Source: Lama glama (lineage: Eukaryota). Taken from it: 60,000 nucleotides of DNA. The position numbers and the translations under genes are program-made. The notes under the pieces are model-generated. The model did not search any database. It was not told where the DNA came from and saw only the letters and a list, made by a program, of their open reading frames with translations. The stretch covers positions 23,500,001-23,560,000 of the forward strand of contig CM052818.1 in assembly GCA_028534125.1 (NCBI GenBank), written 5' to 3'. Below are positions 50,935 to 60,000 of the stretch, one piece after another; within the stretch, counting starts at the first letter, position 1; the number at the start of each line of letters is the position of its first letter.

Positions 50935-51502
50935 TGCATACTTGTCCAACTCAGAGATGAGAATTACTTTGGTCACATTCTTTTCCCTGCAAAAAAGTCA
51001 CAGGTGACCTTATAGTACCCAAGAAATTTTGGTCAGGTGATTCAAATCACAGAGTTTAAAGACTCTTGAAAATAAAAGCCTCACCCAAACAATTACTAAA
51101 TATTATTTAGGCTAACAGAAAAATAAGTTATGCCTGTTTTCTTCATTCCAAAGTTAAAATTCGAAGTTAAATGCCTATTGGATCAATACCAAGTTTAATA
51201 GCAATATTCTAACTGAATAAGAGTATGGGATGAGAATGGTGAAGGAAATGAATTGCTGCTGTCTAAAAATACTGTGGGACAGAATCTACCGCCTTTCCCT
51301 TCTAACTCTCCTCCTTCCTTTGATATTACATTAGGAGAGAGGACTATTAAAAAATGGAGGAAAGTGTTGTCTTAACAGCAAAAAACAGAAAACGGCCTGT
51401 TGTTGGATCGTCACCTGCAAGGTGGTTTGCACTCTTGTCAATATCAGCAGTCAGCTCTCATATGAAGAGTTTGTGAAGGCTCGGTTAGCTCTCAAGAGGT
51501 GT

Positions 51503-51830
51503 TGTCGGCAGCCTTAAGTGAGTAGGCCGTGGGGCCCAGGCCGAAGTTCACAACAGCTTGCACCTGGTGAGAGGTAAATTGTACGCGTGCGCTAGTAGCG
51601 TGAGTCTGCATTATGAACAATACGCATGCGCCAATGGCATGAGTAAGCATTATGAACAATATGCATGTGTGGGCAGAATATATAAAAAGGACAAGTGTGC
51701 TGCGCTGGTGGCGTGCCATTTTGTTGTACTAGAATGAAGTGCTGTTTCGCTCCATGTCAGCTCCTCGTGCCTTCTTTGAGTTGGGGCAGCTCAACTCCTC
51801 GAATCCCTCTCCAGCCCTCCTCGGCTGACA
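51503..51830 (+). mobile_element. CpG-rich solo LTR (class II/ERV2-like) with 5-bp TSD
   Basis: TGTCGGC...GCTGACA inverted termini, TSD GGTGT (51498-51502, 51831-51835), CCAAT 51631, TATATAAAA 51679, GCCATTTT 51715, AATGAA 51733. Confidence 0.8.
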
Positions 51831-52203
51831 GGTGTAAACATTGAGTATTGATTATTACAGAGGTCATTGTCACCTGATACTTGAGAGATAAGTCCTTATA
51901 TTATATAGCCCTTTAATAATGTACCCCTACTTGTATGTAGAATAAAAATATGATTTCCCCTTGCAAGGATGCCCTTGCAACTATGTTAAACATGCTCCAT
52001 CCATCTGTCCACAAAAGATTCAAAGATACGTTAAAAAAAAAACCTTTTTTTTGGATGCACAGAAATCATGATTTAAACTTACTAGTAAAGTCAGCACAAC
52101 AGTACGCCACCTTACTGCCTGTGGCAAAAGAAAAAGTTGTTTCATATCTTGGCTCTTGTGAGTAAAATGCATTTTTTTTATAGAAGTGAGATAAACTTAA
52201 TAC

Positions 52204-52335
52204 TTTATATTTTTTTATTCGTTCTTTTTTTTGGGGGGGGGATTAGGTTTATTTATTTAATGGAGGTACTGGAGGTTGAACCCAGGACCTCGTGCATGCT
52301 AAGCACTTGCTCTACCACTGAGCTATCCGCTCCCC
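52204..52335 (-). mobile_element. Vic-1-type camelid tRNA-derived SINE
   Basis: Reverse complement GGGGAGCGGATAGCTCAGTGGTAGAGC...GAGGTCCTGGGTTCAACC with A/B boxes and an A-rich tail. Confidence 0.85.
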
Positions 52336-52369
52336 TCCTTTAAACTTATCAATATAATTTACATGGTCT

Positions 52370-52595
52370 CAGCTGGGATTTGGACTTTAAGTTCTTCTCA
52401 GGTAATTCTAATCAGTCCCAGGGTTGAGAATCACTGGTTTAAATCAATGATGGTTTCCTGGAGGCTATTTGACTGCATTCTTGTCTCTCCCATGTGAGAA
52501 AGTAGAAAGCAGTGATTCTCTAAACTCAGGAAAGTGTAAAAAATCTCCACCTTCGAATCACCAGGGGAGCTTTACAAAAACCGTTGCCTGGGCTG
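52370..52595. mobile_element. MER5B fragments
   Basis: caggtaattctaat...cagggttgagaatcactg; gaatcaccaggggagcttt. Confidence 0.6.
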
Positions 52596-52904
52596 CTGGG
52601 TAGAGAAGCACAAGCATAAATATAAGAATGAAAGACTAATAGATTTAATCCTTGATGTACCCTAATTTATATTATTTAAGTAAATCATCTTAAAACTAGT
52701 ATTAGTTTGAACCACATGAAATTGTTGTTTATGTATGTGCATAAAAATTCAGACATCAATCTGATAATTAAAAATTAAAAATAAATTACTCATGTTGCAT
52801 GTTCTAAATAATTGCAGTTTATTAGTACCAGTGCTAAGAAAAGCTGCTTCATTCACTTGTAAAATGAGAGACTGTCCTAGGTGAGGTTGATGAGGTTAAT
52901 AATG

Positions 52905-53180
52905 ATTTTGATAATGCTAATAGTTAATATCTTATAAGCGCTTGCCAAGTATTAGTCAATATGTTAAACACTCTACGTATATTCTTGCATTATTCTCACT
53001 CCTCTCTCCTCTTCACCAAAACCCCTATGATAGGTACCCATATTATTCCCATAGGTGACGGAACTGAGACATAGAAAGATAAAAAGATTTACCCAAAGTT
53101 ACAGTGATATTCCATGGTGGAGCTAGGATTTGGACTTGGACTGCAGAATTTGTGTTTTTAACCTGTATAAGATGCTACCT
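52905..53180 (-). mobile_element. MIR
   Basis: accctatgataggt...attattcccat...gaactgagacatagaaag...ggagctaggatttg. Confidence 0.75.
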
Positions 53181-53729
53181 CTTTGAGGGTCATGTAGGTT
53201 CCTTCCCAGTTTCATAGTTATAGTCTAGGTCACACAGAGTAATGGCTCTGTTTCCACCTGGGCCTGTGCAGATAGCTTGCCACTCTGCAATTCTACCTAA
53301 TGTCTTTTTTTTTAAAGTATATAATGCATACTTTTTATTTTTATTATAGCTCACGCAGTCATGAGTTACATATTCCTTTTCTCTCTCTTTTTTCCCCTTT
53401 TCCAGCTTTATTATGTAGAATTATTACAGTTTGACTGCACATACACATTATATTGCATGTAAATACATACATACGGTATACTGCATAGCTTAACCTCGTG
53501 TCTTGATTGGTTGAATCTTACTTTATTCTCTGCTTTCATCAAGAATAGATTAAGTCAGTCAGATTTTTTTATTTTAATCACCAAGAATTGCTCAGGTTTT
53601 TTCCTCCTGTTTGGGTGATGCCAATGTACCTGACTTTGGATTAGGTAATGGACTAACCATGTCCATTCAAGATAGCTGTTCTCTTGCTCTCTGTACATCC
53701 CCTGCTTGACCAGTCCCTGCTTCACTCAC

Positions 53730-55131
53730 ATGACTATCCAATCCTCTTAATTATGGGGCTTAATTAGTCCCTGGTGACTGATGAGCCCACCTGACGTCAA
53801 TTCCTGAAGGAGGCGGCTGCTGCCCGCCGCGTCAGGCGCTCCGGGGCCAGCCCCGGGGGCCTTCCACCCCTTTCAAGCCCCGTGACTGCCAGAACGCTGT
53901 GTTCACTCCTGTGAAGAAGGCGCCAGGGTTTCTCCCATTTACCTGCTTCTGGGACCAGCCAGTAGCTCTTGCATTTCTTCCCTGGCTGGGACCTCTGGTA
54001 CCATCACTTGGTAAAGGGCTGACAACTGCAGTCCTTGTCTTTTTTTTTTTTTCCCCCCCAGATTTCAAGGGGAATTTTTCAACTTTCCACCTCTGTGCCT
54101 GCTCAAGACCCCACCGGTCTCCAGGAGGGGTTGGTGGGGAAGGAAGCAATGGCTCTAGGATCGCTGACAATCTGGTCAAAGAACTTCGTGACCTTTGAAG
54201 AAGCGGCGGTGGGTGCTTCCATGAGGAGGGGGCGTTGCTGAACTCTGCTCAGAAAATCCTGTAGGATCGTGGTGCTGGAGAACTGTCGGACCCTGGCCTC
54301 AGGGGTGGGGAGGAGGTCGTCTCTGCAGAAACCCAGTCTCAGCGCCCAGGCGGAGCGGGAAGGGCTAAAGATGGAGGGGAGAATTCTCCAAGACACCTGT
54401 GCAGACCAGAAGCCTCAACTTAAAACCAAAAAGACCACTGCAAAGCAGATTAAGTTTGGGGAAAACCATCTACTGGCAGGAAAAGCTGCAGACCTTTTTG
54501 TCGGGGAGAACCCTCGTGAGTGGAAAGAAAGCCAGAAAGCCTTTGGTTACCACTTAACCCTTAATCAACAGGCTCCATCTCAACCTCAAGAGAAACGACA
54601 GGAATATAATCTACGTGGAAAAGCCGCCGGGAGGAATTCTGACTATATTATGTCCGAGAGAAATTACACAAACAAGAAATGTATTGAAGGGAGGAAATGT
54701 ATTGAATGCAGGACAGCGCTCTGTTAGGATTCACGTGTGATGGAGCTCAGCTGGTAAGAAGCTCCCCACCTCTCCCTTTTTTTGGGTGGAGGGGGCAGAG
54801 CTCAAGGGGGGCAGGGGTGGGGGAGAGGGCTAGCGGACCCTGGCCATGAAATTGAAGTCCTGGAAAACCACCTACTCGGTAGCTGTGAGTGGCTGTGTGT
54901 CCCAGGGTGGGCTCCGCGTGGGGCATTCCCCTGTGAATTTCTTGTCGAAGTTGCTCCCAGCTGTGCCTTGTGAAGTGTGAGCGTGAAGGGCAGATGCAGG
55001 TAGTCGGATTTCCCAGCACAGAGTCCTGGTGAAGGGATTTTTTTTTTTTCTCGCATCCTCTACATTCCTCTTGCTGGACCCTGAGCTGGCGAGTGACCTC
55101 CTCATATCTGAGTTTGGAAAGATCACATTGT
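53730..55131. promoter_or_regulatory. GC/CpG-rich promoter-like region
   Basis: CCAAT 53738, full CRE TGACGTCA 53792-53799, E-box CACGTG ~54732, G-runs ~54783-54830, many CpGs against a CpG-depleted background. Confidence 0.5.
54149..54727 (+). pseudogene. Processed KRAB zinc-finger pseudogene (ZNF177/ZNF891/ZNF557-like)
   Basis: MALGSLTIWSKNFVTFEEAAV/HEEGALLNSAQKIL*/VVLENCRTLAS (KRAB-A with two frameshifts and a stop); KPSL...RILQDTCAD (KRAB-B); spacer; degenerate fingers (GENPREWKESQKAF, CIECRTALC); no introns between these modules. Confidence 0.9.
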
Positions 55132-55631
55132 NNNNNNNNNNNNNNNNNNNNNNNNNNNNNNNNNNNNNNNNNNNNNNNNNNNNNNNNNNNNNNNNNNNNN
55201 NNNNNNNNNNNNNNNNNNNNNNNNNNNNNNNNNNNNNNNNNNNNNNNNNNNNNNNNNNNNNNNNNNNNNNNNNNNNNNNNNNNNNNNNNNNNNNNNNNNN
55301 NNNNNNNNNNNNNNNNNNNNNNNNNNNNNNNNNNNNNNNNNNNNNNNNNNNNNNNNNNNNNNNNNNNNNNNNNNNNNNNNNNNNNNNNNNNNNNNNNNNN
55401 NNNNNNNNNNNNNNNNNNNNNNNNNNNNNNNNNNNNNNNNNNNNNNNNNNNNNNNNNNNNNNNNNNNNNNNNNNNNNNNNNNNNNNNNNNNNNNNNNNNN
55501 NNNNNNNNNNNNNNNNNNNNNNNNNNNNNNNNNNNNNNNNNNNNNNNNNNNNNNNNNNNNNNNNNNNNNNNNNNNNNNNNNNNNNNNNNNNNNNNNNNNN
55601 NNNNNNNNNNNNNNNNNNNNNNNNNNNNNNN
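55132..55631. other. Assembly gap (500 N)
   Basis: Run of N. Confidence 1.
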
Positions 55632-57044
55632 ATTTAGACAGGTATGAAGTCATCTGTCACCATAAAAAGAAGTTTACCGTTATTGTAAGTAGTTGCAGTT
55701 TGAAAAATTAACTTGTCTAGAATTGAAGGGGGCCCTTTCAAAACTGAAACAACATGACAGTTAGAATTTAGCTTCCATGTGGTGTCACAGCATTACATAG
55801 AAAAAGACATAGACATTAAATAGATCTTGGATCAGACAGTGCACACTGTTCAAAGTGGAGGACAATATAATGGCGAGTGGCCCTTTTATATTCAAGGACA
55901 AAACATAAAGGTACAGAATAAACCCCAGGAAACTATCCATCTTTGTCAACCGAGGGTGAGTTGGATCTTGATAGTTCTAATTTTGCTGTTTATGGTCTGT
56001 TAGGAATATAGTTCCTGTATCTTCCCGAACTCTTAACTTCTCTGTGTATTTTAATACTTGCACTAATGTTAAGGCAGGCAAGTGCAGAAATTTTGTAGAA
56101 GAGTTTTTTTTTACTGTAAGGCTTAGGAATTAAAATATTCTAAATTATCTAGGAGGACATAATTAATATACTATTTTCCTAGAGCAGTCTGCATCGTTGT
56201 GATTATTATATATGCCATTCAGATGTCTATAGGGAGAATTATATTATGCTGATAAACAGAGCAAATGGAAAGCTATACAGAGCGTTTAAATCCTTTTTAT
56301 TTTAGAGAACGTAAGTGTCCCGTAATTTTTTAATGATATCTCCACTCTAAGTAAATCAAGCAAACCTAAATGAATAAAGATCTAGACAACACCAGTTCAA
56401 TTAGTCCAAGTCCTACTGTTACGAAGATAAGGAAGCAATCTCCAGTTATATTGGCAGATAACTTGATAAAAAGTAATTGGTAATATTTGCTTATTATGTC
56501 TCCATTTCTAAATAATTTATTTGAGAGAGAATCATATATGGGGTCAGCCAACTTCAAGGAAATCCAATGAAGCCACCATTCCAAATGGACTTGCCTTACA
56601 AAGATTGTCGGATTTTTGCAATTAGCAAAAAAGTATTTAGTTCTGCAGCTACCTTAATGGCGAAGGATTTTATCTGGTTTTTTGTTCTTGAGGACAAAAG
56701 CTTTTGAGCAATTTCCTGTAGGCTGAGTGTACTTTTGCTGAAGTTTCAAAGTGAAATTGGTTAGTATATTGAAAGTGATGGTGACTTCAGAGCTGTTCTT
56801 CAGCTGAGGCATCCTGCAGGTATCCACTTCCAGGAAGTTAGTCCCTGAGCTTGCTAGGAATTCTGTTTCCCTTGCCCACCTCCGTAAATAAGATAGAACT
56901 ACCTGTTACTGGCTTCCTTGCTGTTGATGTTGAAGGGAGTTTTAAAAATTATATGTGATTATTTCTATAATCGGAATATTGCATTAATTGTACTGTGTTT
57001 GTGTATATAACATGTTAAATAGGTTAGAGTGTTTATTAGGGAGG

Positions 57045-57175
57045 AGAATGATAATTGAGCTGCAGTTCATATACTGTAAAATTCATTCTTTTGAAATACA
57101 CGGTTGTTGGTTTTTAGTGCATCTGCAAGATCATTCAGCTGTCACCATATTCTAATTCTACAGTGTCATTACCTA
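57045..57175 (-). mobile_element. L1MB-like 3' end fragment
   Basis: attgagctgcagttcatatactgtaaaattcattcttttgaa...gtcacca. Confidence 0.55.
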
Positions 57176-59201
57176 TTAGAGCCCTCCTTTTTGGTTGCTG
57201 TAGCACCACTTACAGTGAAAGCTGTATCCAGCTTCCCATTTTCTGTTGCCTAGAATTTTTGTTAATCTATTAGTCTTCCACAATTAATAAAAAAAATTGA
57301 TCTTCAAAATAATAATCTCAAGATTTTGGAAGATTTTAGTGTGTTTTATAGTCAAACAATTGTCCATGTTCAATTTACATTTAGTGTTAAATTCAAGGGT
57401 AAAATGCATATGTATATATGTATATGCATATATGTATACACTTACATATGCATTTAGGTACGTAAATATAAGTATAAATGACATTTTATTGACCAGAATT
57501 TGTGATTGTGTAGACTCTCCCATTCTGTGACATTCGCATAATGCTGTTTTGTCCTTTCCTGGAATAATCTGAGACTCCACAGTCCCTTGTGACTCAAAAT
57601 AGGTGTGTATGACCTAGTGGTCTTGTTTAAGTGTGATACTGTAGAAAAGCTTAAGAATAACAGATGATACAAAAGAAAGTTTTATCTGAGATATTCTATT
57701 TTGGCTGTAGTTGCCCAGAGAGAGTAATCTAGCAAGCTTCTGCTAAGCATTAGGTAGCTAGGTACTTAATATTTTGTGGTGTGGAGAAAAATGGCCATGA
57801 CAGGTACTATTTAGTTTCTATCCAGACTAATTTTGGTCCTCAATTAGTGTCCACTTGAGCACCTACCATATGCCTGACAGGGTCATGCATATGTTATGGC
57901 AAACTAAGAATTAATTTTCAACTGACAATTGAAGGGGCTAGTCTCTTAACTGTAAGCATCAGCTTCTAACCTTACAGGTAGTATTTGAAAATGAGTTCTC
58001 CTGGAGTCTGATCATTGAGTCCTTCACAGCAGTTCCTAATCATCAAAACCAGCGGCAAAGGACAGGGTTAAATTTATTGAGTTTTTCTATCATGCAACCA
58101 CAAGTTGGTGTGACTGATACTTCTTTTGGTCAAACAGATTGATTGTCGACTTACTTGGTGACAAGATAATTTGTTTTGCCATTTAACAACCTAGCCATGA
58201 TTTCCCATGTGATGCCCTAGCAGGTGATGCTTTTTCAGGGGGTGACCTGGTTCTGCAAGCACACTGAGAAGCCAGATAAACCACAGTTAAGAGCACCATA
58301 TGTGATTTGGTGACTAAAGCTAAAGTGTGGCTACTAATAAAGAATGGGTCAGAAATGAAAGAGGGATTCTGGAAATTCCAGCAGAGAATGAGTAGAAGCA
58401 ATCTCTATTGAAAGGCCAGCAGAGAAATAAAAATTGTTTTCATTGAGTAGTTATTTTTCAGTAGTATTGATCTTGTTGTAGATGTTTTTGACTTATTTCT
58501 GTAGTATCTGTGTTGAGTCTAAACTTTCTTTGTTGTCTAACCCATCGTTTTAGATAATTTGCCTGACCATTGGTTTGATCTAATCAACAGCACAGATGTA
58601 CTAATTGATTGTTCATGAACTAACTGTGGGGTAGGGGGAAGCAAAGCTAGATCAGTTTGTGCGGTGCTCTTGTTCTGGTCCTGAAGAAGAGCTGTGAGGA
58701 TAAATAGAGTTTGGATAAAGAAGAGGAAGGAGAGAATTTCAGGTGGGATGTGTAACAGTAGCCAAATTACAGAAGGGAAGAGGACAACTTATGTTTGGAA
58801 GGGCTGGATGGAGGGGCGAGAAGTAGGAGACAGGCAGGTAAGCTTGGATGGGGCAATTCCTGGACCAGAGTCTACCTTAGAGGCATGCCAGCAGTACCGT
58901 CTGTTCGGATCAATTTCAGGACCCGAGACAGGTCCTGGGTCTCTGCAGTTCACCCCGTCTACTGACTGATATGCTGAAAAGTACAGCAATTAATTTTAAT
59001 ACTTTAAGTCTCTCACCCTCATAAAATAAATATCTCTTTGAGATTTGTCTGCTTGGTCGGAGTCATGTCCGTTCTAACCTGAATGAAGAATTGGAGAGCA
59101 GAGGCTGGTAATTGTGTGGGCCAAGAAAATATGAAAACGAAGGAAACGTGAAGGCATTACTGGGTAGGAGAAAGACCCAAAAAGAGGGCCCAGGGTATAG
59201 T

Positions 59202-59326
59202 GGGGAGAGGGTATAGCTCAGTGGTAGAGTGTATGCTTAGCATGCACGAGGTCCTGGGTTCAACCTCCAGTACCTCCATTAAAATAAATTAAAGCTAATT
59301 ACCCACTCCCCCCACCCCAGAAAAAA
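59202..59326 (+). mobile_element. Vic-1-type camelid tRNA-derived SINE
   Basis: GGGGAGAGGGTATAGCTCAGTGGTAGAG...GCATGCACGAGGTCCTGGGTTCAACCTCCAGTACCTCC plus tail. Confidence 0.9.
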
Positions 59327-59559
59327 CCCCAAAGGGGTCTGAGGGACCATGTGGAAGTAGCCTCCTTCACAGTAGTTCTGAGTCCTCGGTGGCAGCAAAG
59401 ATCAGCAGTGTTGGTAATGGGAGGTTGCTTGGAGGGACACGTGGGTTGGTTATGAACATATGTTCTCCAGAGATTCATCTACTTCACTCCCCTGGAATGT
59501 AACATCCAGTTTCTTTATTTCTGGATTTGACCTTGCTTGATGCTACGGGAGGAGCTCAG

Positions 59560-59755
59560 GCTCTGTAGTCAGGTCTAGCTGTGACTACAGAGACAGCTCT
59601 GATGCTTACTCATTTTATGATAACGATCAGGCTCTGTTAACGTCTCTGAGCCTTAGTCTCTCTACCTCTGAGAACGGGACGGTGCCCTTCACCGGGAGGG
59701 TCCTGCACGAGTGACATGACATAGCTATGAGAAATGCCTGACACATAGTCATTAC
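59560..59755 (+). mobile_element. MIR
   Basis: ggctctgtagtcag...ttaacgtctctgagcctt...tgcctgacacatag. Confidence 0.75.
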
Positions 59756-60000
59756 TGTTTTCTTGTCCACTTCTCTGAGGCTGGCCTCTGTAGGCTTATT
59801 TCACCTTGGAGATTTGTTTTTCCTTTTCTGCTTCAGCTTGTTGAGAATTCATGGCCATTAAAAAGGATCATTTATAGGACTACAGCCCATAAAAAGTGCC
59901 TTTTAAACAATGTGCATTAGGAAATATCAATCACTTCATGTTCTCAGCAAGCAACCATCAGAAATATTGTATGTGACAAAGCGTTTTCCCCCTTTGCTAG

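Noticed and set aside
55029..55653. Long ORFs in the ORF track
   Set aside because: Artefacts of the N gap
56290..56316. Possible micro-exon ttttag|AGAAC|gtaagt, or a short exon MESYTERLNPFYFRE
   Set aside because: Isolated, with no supporting neighbouring exons or recognisable product
57401..57456. Quasi-palindrome aaatgcatatgta...tacatatgcattt
   Set aside because: Expected self-complementarity of a TA/TG simple repeat; no evidence for a miRNA
59202..59275. tRNA-like sequence
   Set aside because: SINE head with a SINE body and tail; a second copy lies at 52204-52335
1..60000. CRISPR arrays, operons or other prokaryotic systems
   Set aside because: The sequence is mammalian; no regularly spaced repeat-spacer array or dense coding regions seen

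Overview
Mammalian nuclear DNA, probably from a camelid (alpaca or camel), judged from two Vic-1-type tRNA-derived SINEs. It is AT-rich and repeat-rich (L1, L2, L3/CR1, MIR, MER5/MER58 hAT, MaLR/ERVL, ERV1 and an ERV2-like solo LTR), with a 500-N assembly gap at 55132-55631. I find no intact protein-coding gene. There are two gene relics. (1) An intronless, frameshifted KRAB zinc-finger retrocopy (ZNF177/ZNF891/ZNF557-like) at ~54149-54727, inside a CpG-rich, promoter-like region. (2) More tentatively, a decayed multi-exon gene on the + strand from before base 1 to ~32.5 kb. It appears as ~20 exon-like segments, most with canonical AG/GT borders. They are often phase-compatible, carry scattered stops and lie in repeat-free DNA between repeat clusters. 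I cannot name this gene, although its 5' exons weakly resemble Clu-domain motifs. Repeat family names and protein resemblances are from memory and by eye, not from searches.
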